DNA of 63,100 nucleotides, the filler included, from Hausera hauseri (lineage: Eukaryota), in assembly GCA_046269625.1 (NCBI GenBank). It is 12 parts of 12 records of this genome, joined end to end, with 100 filler letters (N's around TTAATTAATTAA, not from the genome) between each part and the next. Parts side by side here need not be neighbours in the genome. Positions count along the whole stretch, not along the records: positions 11,838 to 17,133 come from JBJURY010287169.1; positions 17,234 to 22,484 come from JBJURY010299389.1; positions 22,585 to 28,661 come from JBJURY010144758.1; 9 more parts are not named here. One strand, written 5' to 3'. The position numbers and the translations under genes are program-made. Positions 11,838 through 24,752 of the stretch are shown piece by piece (position 1 is the stretch's first letter; the number at the start of each line of letters is the position of its first letter). The notes under the pieces were generated by a model, which did no database searches, was not told the origin of the DNA, and saw nothing but the letters and a program-made list of their open reading frames with translations.

Positions 11838-13784
11838 AGCAAACAGCGATACTTGAAGTCAACTGACAGATCATGTGTGGCCAGAAAATTTGAGCCGATT
11901 ATGGGGATTTTAATATTGGCCACGTAAAATTTCCATACAAACTTATTTGGCAAATTGGCTAAAGTGAAAATATGTTCCGTGGTATCTGCGATGTGCAACG
12001 ATTGACCACTGGCAGTGAACAGTGATGAAGAAGAAATTATAATTGATGTGGGAGTGAAGGACGAGGGAAGGAGAGGAAAAGCAGCTCCTGAATCGATAAG
12101 GAATTCGATATATGAAACATTACTGGAGAGCAATGCATTGTTTAGCAGAAAAACTGCAGAGGCGGTGTTAAAACGGCCAGAATATTGAGCAGTATTGCCT
12201 ATATCAGAATGTTCCGTGGAATATGGCGGCGTTGTTAGTTTTTTGAGGGTTGTTTGGAAAAAGAAGAGGAATAAAAATAACAGCGAGGAGGCGAGGAAGA
12301 TGGAAAAAAACTGAAATTCTTTTTATAATATTTGCATCCTGGCACATACGACTTAGCCTGGGATTGATATTTTGTGTGATAAATGCAGATTGGGCTGTCT
12401 ACTGCATAACGTTCGTCGTAAAATTTACAGCCCAAAAGACACTTTTTTGCGTATCTGAGAAATTTATTATGATAAAAGCAAATTATTTTTCCATCTCGAA
12501 ATTTAGATTGAAAGGAATGCCTGTAAAGGCTATTATCGCGCGAAATGCGGGTCTCACTTCATCGAGGCACAGATAAATCACTAAGTTTGGCTGTAATCGC
12601 AGAAATTGATTGTTGCAGTGTTTGGAATTGTTTCTGCATCATTTGCAGTTGTTGTGAAAATAAAATGGTTGCTGTGTGTGACGGAATGTGCGTGATTGCT
12701 GCAACTATAGGCGATGTATTATTTGATTGAAGAATCTCAAAACTTTTGTCATCCATTAAAGCAAGTTTTTCAATGGCCATTAACTCGCCAACAACAGTAA
12801 GTAGTGCCATAATGGGAGTGGGTAAAGAAGAGAGAAAATAACGACGAAGCAGGTTCATATTTTTGGTGGGAGTGACTCCAAGAGTACTTAGTTGTGAAAT
12901 AGAGGTCTGCAGAAAGTCAGAGAGCTTCTGATTGCCTATAATATGCTCGTTAAAGTATTTTGCATTATATTGTCTATCGATGTATATGTAATATTGAGCA
13001 CAAACTGATAAAGCATGTTGTACAGTGATGAAGAAGTTAGAATATCAGCAACTTTATTGATTTGCTGTTTGATATTTGCTGGGATAAGAAGTAAGATGCT
13101 GTTAGCATGCAGAAAAAAATCGGTGATGTTATTGGCTTTAAGCCATGGCAAATGAAATTGTAGCCAAGTGCGACTTTAGTTAGTTTTGTCGAGGAAAAAC
13201 TATGTACAAGGAAGGTTAGGCGAAGCAGATGCTATAGATTCTGCACGGCGACGACCAGATCTAGTTTTTCTGGAGGTTTTAGCATAAGAAGGATCGGGGT
13301 CCGATCCACTCCGTAGACGAAAGTGAAGAGTGAAGTGGGTGATTTGAGAAAAATAGGAAAAAAATCGGTCATGGACGTTAAGGATAGAGCCATGATGCGA
13401 TAGATAAAAGTCTGAGGAGTGAAGCAGGAAGGATAGATGTGTGTAAAGACATTGTGCAGTCTCTTTGTGTGTCGCACTGAGCGTGTGCATGTGCTTATGG
13501 TTAGAAAAAATAAAAAAGGAAAGGAGATATAGTGCAGCGGGAGCGGGCAAGCTCAGTCCCTCATCAAGGCAATTTCTTGATTGTGTATTTAGTTTACGTA
13601 AAATGTCCTCTAACATTTCATTATCGTCAGGAGAATTATAATCCCTTTGTAAGGGTGGTTGTGGTGGTGGTGATGATCTGTAGATGCTTACATTTCGACC
13701 GAAATCATTAAAACCGGGGCCAATTCTCAAAGAAGAAAAGAGAGCACTTTCCTTATAAGGACTATCATTGTCCTGAGATGACAT
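11838..13784 (-). mobile_element. Ty3/Gypsy element 5' half (UBL-gag, frameshift site, protease); same family as 1433-6775
   Basis: UBL ending FTLHFRLRSG, gag (WLKANNIT, RRYFLSSLP), knuckles, A AAA AAC TAA at 12244-12235, protease FLIDSGAAF..PIIGSNFL; truncated by the contig end. Confidence 0.9.
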
Positions 13785-13880
13785 ATAAATCTTATGTAAA
13801 TTACTAACATCGTTCCACGTATTAGATGATGCAATACGGATATATGAATATCTATCACAATTACCTTTTAATGATAACGA

Positions 13881-14198
13881 CTAGGACAATCGTTCTTGGG
13901 GTTTTTGCGTCAACTGAACTGATCTCACTAATTCCTGAACAGTTTCGACAAATTGTGGATTGCTTCGGTTCGGATTGGTAAGTGCATTTAGCACATTGGT
14001 CAACACATTAGTATGTGCTTTTCCAAACTGATCCATGTACAGTATTATTTCACGATTGTGTACAATTTTAGAATACAATAAATATATGGGTAAAATAATA
14101 TGTTCAGCGGACTCGAATTCGGCCGTTCCGAATCCACGAGAAGTACCATTGGGATCGGTAATTGGCGCATTAATCGGCTTCTGGTTTTCATGGTCCAT
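13881..14198 (-). pseudogene. RRM fragment, hnRNP M/MYEF2-like
   Basis: DPNGTSRGFGTAEFES contains an RNP1 motif (RGFGTAEF), followed by HNREIILYMD; no RNP2 seen. Confidence 0.5.
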
Positions 14199-14725
14199 CG
14201 AAGTTACGAAAGATGCGGTTTTTGAAGGAGTTCATAATACCATCGTAGATGTCAAATTATTTTATACTTGAATTTGACGAACCGAGGGAAATTTCTTGAC
14301 GGATAAAAAGGTAAATTGGATGTTGTGCCAAATATTGATTTACCAACAGAATTTGGAGCCCCCGTAGCTTGGTGTGGTTGTGAAGCAGACAATGATACCG
14401 AAGGCGATGCAATAGAATTTGGTGTGGTGGAATAATGATTTGTTGATGTAAACGGTACCAAAGCAGGATTATTGATTAACAGTTTTGAAGTATTACTTGG
14501 AAAATCAAAGAATTGGTTTGTTTGTAAAGCAGATGATAAATTGGCTGTTGAATGAGACAATGCAGACGAAGTGAGTGCGCCAAAATATTCCTTTTGGGTC
14601 AAACTTGATGATGAAATTGATGGTAAATTAGCCTTTGTCTCTGGAAGAGGGTTTTCATTCAAATTAGTAGTCATTGGAATTCGGCACACCATAAGCAAGA
14701 AAGTATTCGCAAATTTCTCCGTTGC

Positions 14726-16530
14726 TCAGTTGAATAGGAATAATTCGATTGATATCAACTTTTCCAAATCTACTTTCCAATTTGAAGGGATGCTGTACTC
14801 TGTTCGCGCAAAATCAGGGTTGTCCGTCGAAAGTTTGTCTGGTTCAGGGGACTTTGCAATGATCGCCACTACACTGACAGACTGAGCACCACCGATTGGT
14901 GGCAATGACAAACAAGGAATATTTTCGAATAGCCCTCTGGCGATCATGTAGCTGATGTGCTCATTGACACAGAATATTTCCCGATCGATGAGTTCCCCAG
15001 AGACTGACCAAATTCCGAAACGACTCGCAGTCGACAATCGTCACAGTCCTGTCAAAGTGAGGTACAGTCAAGTCCAAAAACTGGACGAGCCAAATCTATA
15101 TAGATTGTTTCACAGTCTCTTGCAGACATTTGACAATGGAGGCAACCACGAATGGCCGATGAGTATCTGCACGTATCGGCGTCACCGCTCACTCACAGAG
15201 CAACGTCAACAGTAGCTGATGGTTGTCAATAACTGCCATCAAACCAACGGATAGATTCTCCATTGATTTAACTTCCTTGCAATTGTTCTAGTCGTTCATG
15301 TTGACCATTTCCAAAGCACGAATTAAATTATTCGTCGTTAGTTCAATTGAACAACTGAATGCCTCATGTTTCCATCGGTTTTCTACATGGAAACTTCGAT
15401 GCAGAATAAAATTTTCCAACTGAGACAGACTCTGACGAATAATTTTGTTTTCTGAACCAGGCGGCTGCGGTAGTGCGGTCAGTGAACAAGGTAAACTGTC
15501 TAATGGTAATCCGTTCAAATAATCTCCAGAGATTTTGACGTTATTCCATACGACAGTAGACGAACAGTAAAAACTTAGCGACGTTATCATCCCAGTGAGG
15601 AAGAGCAAGGCAGACCGATGCAGTGGGCAATTCATCAACTCCTGATAAAAATACGTTAGAATTTTCACTCGTTCATCGTCAATTAAACTTCCAAAAGCAT
15701 GGCATGCCTAATAAATTAATCGTCGAGTTAAAATTTCACTGTGCTTAAATCGATCACCAAAATCCAAAACGAAGGGCGAAAAGAATTTCATCCACTGTTC
15801 ACATTCGGCGCAATTTTCACATTTTGCCACAATCCTTTGTATAATTTCGTTGTGTTCCAACAAATCTTCATCGTACAGGCCTACCAAAAACGGCATATAA
15901 TTTTCAAATTCTGATATCATTACTTCATAATCATGATCAAAGGAATTATTCGATAGTTTATCAGCAATAAAATCGAATTTATCTGAAAGAATTTTCGATA
16001 AAGTGCCAACCCATTCCATGGAACTGTCGACATTCGGTCGCGTTCGTTTTTTACAGCTTTCTGAATTTGAACATTCATCGTATGCACTTTGATGTACCAT
16101 ATTGTACGAGATATCGGTACACGATTGCAATAGATTTGCTACAGGACGTCTTCCTTCTTATGAAAATATGGGAATACCGACTGCATAAAGTCATAATTTT
16201 CCGAATTTAATGTTTTCGAAACGAAGTCAATATCAAAATCCCTTGCCGATTCGTATTCATCAGAAACTGGTTTGGAATAACTAAACCTTTCGAGAACGTT
16301 GAATTCCGCTAAAAGTCAATAGTTCTGGAGACATTGTTGATGATTTGTTAGATATGTCAGTGAACTTTTGATCAGAAAGGCACACATCTTTAAGTCGTTT
16401 TGTGCATCGGTTTCTCTCGGACCGGCAGATATTTTAGCATGCCATATTCTGCATCTGATTTGCAATGCTCTTCTGGAATCTTATATTAAGACTGAAATTA
16501 TCCCCGGTACAAAAACGAGAAAATAATCCA
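14726..16530 (-). pseudogene. MED12: Mediator subunit 12 N-terminal half, disrupted
   Basis: IPIF(H)KKEDV, VPISRTIWYIK, MEWVGTLSKIL, CPLHRS..TVVWN..PLDSLPC..LPQPPG, VENRW, LLCE*AVTPIR (LCEWAV motif), ELIDREIF..MIARG; several stops and frameshifts; no introns evident; 5' boundary approximate. Confidence 0.85.
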
Positions 16531-17529
16531 TAATATGTTGAAGTAATTATTAACAAGCATTTCCACAAGGACAAACTGGCTTTCATTTCAAAATTTTCAA
16601 CGATTGCTGCACAACGAAATAAGCAAAATGCAGTTTTGTTATCAATAAACTACAATCCCCAAAAACCTGATACTTTAATTCTTTTGCAATATTTAGCAAA
16701 CACATCCATATTAAAATTTTATTTGAAGTGTTTTCAATAAATCCACTGATGTATTATGAACTTCGACTTCATTTGCATTGCAAATCCCACTTCTGACACC
16801 AATTTTGTGTGGATCCGGATAATTTACATGAAACATACAATGCATATAACGCTGCATAAATTTTTGTATTTAAAATAAACTAATCAATTCTATCAATTTT
16901 CCTTTTTGTAACAGAAGACAATTAAAACATGATCCGTAATCATAAACACAGTGGTACAACGTCAGGTAATCGAATTACAACCAAAAACACACACACACAT
17001 ACATAAAATACATCCCAACTTTTCATCGATGAATAATTACATTGACGTACTTTCAATTTCCAGAGTTAACTTTGGTATATATATGTACGTGTTGGTGATT
17101 CATCACTTGACTAGACTAGATGTACTAGTCTAGNNNNNNNNNNNNNNNNNNNNNNNNNNNNNNNNNNNNNNNNNNNNTTAATTAATTAANNNNNNNNNNN
17201 NNNNNNNNNNNNNNNNNNNNNNNNNNNNNNNNNGGAAGATCAAGGAGAACAAAATAATTCTTGCTGCTTCCTGCTAGACCTCCAACACCCAAGCTGAAAT
17301 CCTTAGCTTGAGATAACACACCTCCTCTCCTTTTCTTTTCTCCATCTTCTTATCTTCTGTCCCCTCTCCACCCCAAAATTGTTGGGTCAGTGCAGAAACA
17401 TGAAAATTTGATGAAATAAATGTTTTAAATATAAATATTTTTGCACTCCAAATAAAAGAATGATTTGGATCATGCTTGCCTGTTTAATGTTTCTTTGACC
17501 TTTATATTTTTTATATATTTTTTTTTTAG

Positions 17530-18935
17530 AAAGAAGTGATACATGTGAACTTGTGGAGAAAATGGCACGCAGCAATGACCCACAAGAAATCTCATCCCTG
17601 ATGGTGACCGCTTTATCCACCGCCAGCTCCTCCTTTGAGCAGCAGAAGCTCCTTGTTGAATTGACCAAGAAAGTTGAAGAAAGAAAACTTCAGTTAGCAG
17701 AAGCAGATAGGCAAGCAGCAATATTTGTTGGAAGCAAGAGAAGTGAATATGATAAGTTTGAGTTAATAGCACCTGGTCATGAAATTACCAGTGGTTTTCA
17801 AGATGTGGGAGCTGTATCTTCGGCCTCATTATCTTCCGATTCTGTTTCAGCATCTTCTGTAGTTTCTAGCCAGGAAGTTTTTGCCACAACAGCAACTAAT
17901 ATAAAGGAGGTGGAGAATGTTCCAGAAGAGCGTATATTGACATCATCTGTGTTCAGTGATGCTGGTTCTAGTCAATCCTCAAGCACATTGCCAGGCATAT
18001 CAGCTGAGCATTCCAACAATAACAAACAATTGCCACTTGATACATCTCTGTCACCTACAGTGTTGCCAACCTATCCTACATCACCCACACCAGGGCAATC
18101 ATGTACAGAATCAAAAGATACTTGTGGTGTCAAATTTTCTTTCACAAAATCTCGAACAAAAACTCTCAGTACCTCCACAGCTGAATTCTTTTCTTCTAGA
18201 ACTAGAGAGTTGAAACCCAGATTGCCTTCGCTGCATAAGGACATATCCCAGCAGTCTCTAATATCCAGTATCTCCAAGGTTCTCGATCCTGGAAAATCTC
18301 AGAAAACCGAAAGTGTACCAGATGCTCTGAAAGCTCTTATGAATGATGTCATGGGTAATAGTCAGTTTTCCTCTTTGGAAAGCAGACGGAAGAAGCTTTT
18401 GAAGAAAGAATCAGAGAAGGTGGGTAAAGAGACAGCTAAAGAACAGAGTACCACTGAGGAGCAGCTGATGAATGAACAAGCCGAGGCACAGAAAAGACTT
18501 GATGATGAAGATGAAGCAAGGAGAATCTTGGATAATCTCCAAAAGCAGAAATCATCTGCTGGCAGTGCCATAGCCAGGACTAGCGGTACTGAAACCAAAT
18601 CTGATGCGGATGACGTGAAACTGTCACAGACTGGCCCCCCACCATCTATTGATGAACTGTTAGACAGACTGAAGAAAGGGGGCTTCAAGTTTAAACAGAC
18701 AGGTGGAACTTCAGCTTCAGCCACTGAGCAAAGTCCTGTGATTTCCACAAATAATCAGACTTCTGTTTCTAGTCATTCATTGTTTTCTACCACTTCTTCA
18801 GAACTTGCAATGTCTTCAGTAACATCTTTAGCTACAGCACCCAGCCTTACCAGTTCCATGACAGCACAGACATCATCTCAGTTGGTACCACTGCCTGCAG
18901 CGGCAGCAAATATCAGAAATCCACCAGTCGACTGA
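17530..18935 (+). CDS. large exon or ORF of an unknown Ser/Thr-rich protein with charged helical segments
   Basis: 460 uninterrupted codons, preceded by a poly-T tract + AG acceptor near 17529; no family recognised. Confidence 0.55.
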
Positions 18936-18973
18936 ATACACCGTTCAGCAACAGTCGATCGTCATCTCTTCAT

Positions 18974-21780
18974 TTGTTAATCACGAATCATGGACTGGAC
19001 ATTGCCGATGACGTGTCGATACATCATCGACGGTTGGCCAATAAAATCCGTCTGATGTTACATCAGAAATTCTACGTGTTACCTCAGGTCAATGCCAGCA
19101 CCTTTGTCGTGTGTATCGATAATTTATCACGGTACCAAGTGGACATTGGACCACAGTCATGCAGTTGCTGCGTTGGTGGGTCATTTCCGTGCGTTCATTT
19201 GCTGTTCGTCATGTGTCGGGTGTTGCGGGTTCATGAGAGTGATCCACTATTGATGGCGGATAAAATGAATCACATTGAGGTCGAAGAGTTACTCCAGAGA
19301 TTCAGTAAATGAAGAAAAAAATTGAGGAACACATCAATCCAACACGAAACAAACACCGACTATGGACAATACTCGTAATTCGAATGAAACGTCAACAAGT
19401 CACAAAACCTCACATAATGATGCTCAACAGATGTTATTGCACTCAACCGATGCGATTACCTGTAGCATATGTCTACAAAAACTGAGTACAGCTGAGATGC
19501 TCGTTTATTGTTCGAGTTGTAGTAACGATTTCCACAAGAATTGTATACTTATCTGGATGAAAGAATGTCGAAAACTGGGCGAATTCACTTGCCCATTGTG
19601 CCGAAAACAGTGGACACTTGAAGACCTCAGTGCCGACATTGATAGTCCCACTATGGAAGAAACGTCAATCAACGAGTCGGATTTGTTTTTACCTCGTTCA
19701 CAGTCAGTCTTTGTGGCAAATAGACATATCGATAATTCTCATGTAAATAATATGGCTTCATCCACATCAGATTTGACGGCTAACTTTCATTTTAACATGG
19801 GTGCTTCCAGACAAAGCGAACATGATTCATATAATCATAAACCGATTGGTTATTGTTTCTCACCATAGGTGACTGAAATGCTGTCTTCGGAATTGAGCTA
19901 CAAGAGAGAGGCAGGACTGCGACAAGTTGCCAAAAAAAGTGCATATCGTCTTGTCTGCTGGATCGGCATATTCCAAAAGCAAGCACAATTAATCAATTAC
20001 TATCAATATTGTTAGCTCATTGGGCGGTCACACAACGGGTGTCATGTTAAAAGAAGCATTTCGTGTAATTGCCCAATTGCTCGATGACGTCTGTTACAAT
20101 CTGCTCGTTGGAGCATTGAGAGTCTTTCGAGAGATTCTCGGTTTTCTGGTCTGCACAGTTGAAAGCGATGTTGAATGAATGAGTAAAATGACCAGCCCCG
20201 TTTTGTGTCAGTTATTACGAATTTGCGGCGATTTTGCCCAGAAGAAAAAGGCCCAAATGAGCCTGTAGGCGTTGTTTGAATTGGCAAAAGGGTAGAAGGG
20301 TGGTATTGCATTGGACCGGGAATTAAAATCAAACATTCTTCCAGTAACGGGTCCTCATCGTCTGGCACGATTCGTTCTGAGTGACAGTCATCGATTCAAA
20401 GCCGCCCATTGTTACGGTCGTCTGTCATTATTGGAACGATTGCTGGACAAATTTGATTTAACTCAAGACATTTTGAGAAAAACTCTGGAATTCGTCACGA
20501 ATCAACTTTTACTGATGAATTGATCGGTTTTGCTGGCGAATTCGTTTGGTTCGGATAAATTTGATATTCTCGAAACAACCGATGTGGATACGGGTCTGTC
20601 CAGTTCGGATATTAAACTGTTATCGGGGAGTCGACTGCAGAAATTGGAAAAGGTGGTATTTCTGAACTCAGCGAAGGTGACGATGGGAAAATTAAATTTC
20701 AGCGGTTGGTCTACAGAAGAAATTCATGCCGAACTCTACAAAGATTTAAACAAACTACCTCAGCATTTGAAGGAAAAATTCGTGGTAAAATTGAAAATGC
20801 CCCACAAAGAGCCGGAAGGAGATTTAGATAAACAGATCTCAATTCAAGTTGGAAAGGAAAGAGACAAAAGCAGTCCATTGGCTGCATCATCATTAGGCAA
20901 CATTAGTAAAACTTCCCGATTGTCGAAAAGGTGTTCCCAAGTGAAACCTATCGGTGAAGCAAAAAAACCGGCAGTCTGCAGACTGTGAGCAGTGTGAATT
21001 CATTAAAAATTAAAAATGGCAATTTGAACCAAACAATTCGAAGTGCCAGCAGTGGATCGTGTCGCATATCGCCATACATTCGAATCACTCCGGAACCCGC
21101 ATATGATGCGGTGCCGGTGTCGGAAAGTGATGATGAAATAAGCCGAGAAACCGCATTCGTTTCCGAATTGGCTATTCCCAATTCCATTTACGGTCATCAG
21201 TTCGGTTTGCGAAATTCGGAACCTGAGGAGCAGGATGAAGAGAAAATATATAAATTGACAAATAAAGTACTTAAAACAGATGTCACCGTTCATTCCAAAG
21301 CAACCAATGTTGATTTGGGTGAAATAGAATTACAGGCGCCTCCTGGACTCGGTGTATTTTCATCGGAGTATCGTCTGGGTTACGAATGGTGTCAAGGACC
21401 TCTGTTGGGTACTGGTGCATTTAGTAAATGTTATCAAGGAAGGGATGTGAGAACTGGTCTCCTGATGGCTGTCAAACAAATCTCCATAAGTCATACATGT
21501 TTTGATAAAAATGAAGAGGTGATCAAAGCTGTTAAAACCGAAGTTCAACTGATGACTACTCTTCACCATCCGAATGTTTTGCCACTCGTTGGTTCAGTAT
21601 TTTCACCAAATGATAATACAATTAGTATGTTTGTACGTTGGATGCCAGGGGGTAGTGTGGCTTCTTTGCTCAATCAATATGGGGCATTCCTTGAACCAGT
21701 TACATTGGCTTATGCACTGCAGACTGCTCGTGGTTTGGCTTATATACACTCTAATCGTATTCTCCATCGGGATTTGAAAG
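18974..21780 (+). pseudogene. MAP3K1: MAP kinase kinase kinase 1 (MEKK1): SWIM, RING/PHD, kinase N-lobe; disrupted
   Basis: SWIM (VDIGPQSCSC..CVHLLFVMCRVLRV), RING (CSIC..CSSCSNDFHKNCILIW..CPLCRKQW), kinase (GPLLGTGAFSKCYQGRDVRTGLLMAVKQ..WMPGGSVASLL..HRDLKG followed by a GT donor at 21781). Stops and frameshifts in the N-terminal half. Confidence 0.88.
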
Positions 21781-23643
21781 GTAATTATTTCGTCAATTGA
21801 ACATTTATTAATAATATGGGTAAATTGAACTTTGATTGACAATGGGGGATAAATTGAAGAATGTGATCCATAATGGAGATGGATTGAACATTTATTCGTT
21901 ATGGGGTAATTTGAACATGATTCTCACATAAAGTTGAAGTCAACAAATGAAAAATTACCGTTTCTTAAAATGGCTTGAGGACAGAAACTTTCATCGAAAG
22001 AAAAGACCCATTAGAGTCATACTATATTGAAGGAGGTTTTTCGCAATGTTCCAAACAATCCAATGATTTATGAGAGGACAAAGGGAGAAAAAAAATTATT
22101 CGCGTGGTTAACAAAGGATCAGCAGCACTGAAATTAAGTGTGTATTACACTTCAATGCAAACAACGAAGGCCAAGTAAGTTCAACTTATGATTTCTCTGA
22201 ATGAACCTCCTTCGGTGTAGTATACCTCTATTTGGCCTTTACTTCTTTCTGACATTTATAGGCACGTGAAATTCCATTTTTTATTTGTTGACTTCAATAG
22301 AAAGTTAACATTGATTAGAAATCCTACCAACAACATGTGAATACCCGATTACGTAATCACATATGTTATTTATGAATCGTAAAACAATTTTCACAACATT
22401 TCACAATAGTAATTTTTTTGTCCAACCAATGAATCACACTCTACTTATAATATCCGACTAGATAAAACTCAAACAAATAAATTANNNNNNNNNNNNNNNN
22501 NNNNNNNNNNNNNNNNNNNNNNNNNNNNTTAATTAATTAANNNNNNNNNNNNNNNNNNNNNNNNNNNNNNNNNNNNNNNNNNNNAGATTTATTTTATAAA
22601 AATTTAAATCAGGTTGGGTAACTACAACTAAAGAAGTGAGCGTGGAAGATATAGCGACATTTTCTAAGACAGAACGTTTGTAGCGATAAGATAAGGCGTG
22701 AGGTCGAATAAGTACAGTCATTTCTCCGGCATTTGTCTTTATTTTATTAAACGGTAGAGGGTTCACAAGAGGTGTCGTGACACTTGATTGCTGGTCGCCG
22801 TCATATTCAATGACATTTTTAAGTTGAACATATGTTCTGGGCCCTTGATGAGTTAAGGTTTGACGCTTTCTGAATTCTTTCGTACTAATGTAAATTGCAA
22901 ATCAGAGATTCTACCTCATAAGGTATCACAACAAACTCGGAGACGTCTATCAGTCAACTGGTATTTTGTTGGTATCTTTTGTTTCTTTTCTACATCTGTA
23001 AGTTTTACACTTATTACTCTGTTCTCTTCCAGCTCTATCATTGTTCTAATTTCGATACAACTTCGTCCACTTTTAAATCCTATCGGCATAACAGTGAGTT
23101 GAGTTATTATTATTTTGTTTAATTTGGTTGCATTCATTGTTCATCTATTAGGTACATGTATGATACCTCGGCACTTGGTATATTGCCATTGTTAGCGATT
23201 CGTATGTCTCTTGATCAGAGTATAGTGTATGAAATAATTGCCAGAGTCATCTACTATACACTCCGTTGTGTTCCTCCAATCAGTAAGACCGCAATCATTC
23301 TTTTGTTGTTTCGGGCTTCGTTCATGATCATGCTCGTGGATCGCTTGAATTTCTATCATATGCTGGTTGGGCAGCCTTTCAAATGTCATAAATCTTATAC
23401 ATTTTTGGTCTTTCATTGTATAGGTTATCGCATGATAAATAGTTTCCATGAGGCTACTTTCTAACAATTCGTTTGAAGGGAATGTTCTTATCCATGGATC
23501 AAGCGCTTTTGTCGTTTGAGCTAGTAAGCCTGGTATCCCTATAAGAACCAATAGACAGAGGTATCTGAATACTTCGTAATTTAGAGTTTTATTACTTCTC
23601 TTTTTATAGTCGATGGCCCTTACAAATTTCTGTTCGTCGTTTC

Positions 23644-24752
23644 TTAATTCGCTCTCCTTAGGAGCAGATTTATACCTGTTGACATATATTTTATTCTAAT
23701 GTTATTTTTCTTTAAACATATGTTAGGTAAATCAACTTTTTCTACTTCGTACGGTCCCTTATAAGGTCTATTCAGCTTGGATGTCTTGCCTTTCATATTT
23801 AATGGTGTATACAACATCATTTTATCTCGAACTTTAATTTTGGGTTGTTTAATTTTCTCGTTGTAGTGTTTCTTGTAGGTCAATTTATACTCTTTCTCAT
23901 TGTCCTTCACTATCTTATATGCTAGTTGTAAGCGTTGTTTCATTAGTTGTTTGTATTCTTCTACTTCCATCAAATGAGAAGTGGATCTTACATTAAAATC
24001 AAGATGGATGGGTAACCTAGCATCTGTCAAAAACATCAAATAGAACGGTGTTTCTTTCGTAGCTTCATGCACTGATGTTCGATTTACAAATACACTGGCG
24101 TTGATGTATTCATCCCAGTCATCTTGTCTAGTATTAACAACTGTTTGTAGTTTACTTTTCACGTCTCCGATATACCTTTCGACCATGCCATTATTTTCTA
24201 GATGTCCTGGAGTTGATCGCAGTTTTAATATTCGCATTATATCGCAAATGGCTTGCATTACGTTTCCGGTCAAATTCGAGGCTTGGTCTGTCAGCAGGAT
24301 CCTTGGAGCTCCATAATTGAATACTATATTCTGTACAAATTGTTTGGCAATCGTGTCCGCTTTTATATCTGGTATGGGAATTGCTACAACCCATTGAGTA
24401 AAATAGTCTATAAAGACTAAGGTGTATTTATTTCCGTTTTTTGTTAGTGGTAGCGGCCCTGTTATATCCATAGCAGTGAATTCAAACGGAGCTGGTGGAT
24501 TCTCCCAAACTTTAAGGGAGCTTTGAATTTTGATCCGGTATTTTTGCGTGTGGCACAAAGTTTGCAACTATCGCACCATTCTTGAACGTCTTTGGTCGTA
24601 GTCGGCCAGAAATATTTCCTTTTCAATTTATTTATACTTTTTCGGGCTGATTGACGTTCGCCAAGAAGTCCATAATGATACTGAGTCAATAGTACGGTCC
24701 TATTCCTTTTAGGTATTACCAATGCTGGTCCGTCTTGGTGTATGTAGTACAA
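23644..24752 (-). pseudogene. Gypsy integrase
   Basis: YFWP..C..C zinc-finger remnant, D..D..E core, GPY motif. Confidence 0.92.

Noticed and set aside
14726-21780. Alternative genetic code (TGA=Trp) explaining stops in MED12 and MAP3K1
   Set aside because: TAG stops and frameshifts occur as well; decay or sequencing error explains all lesions.
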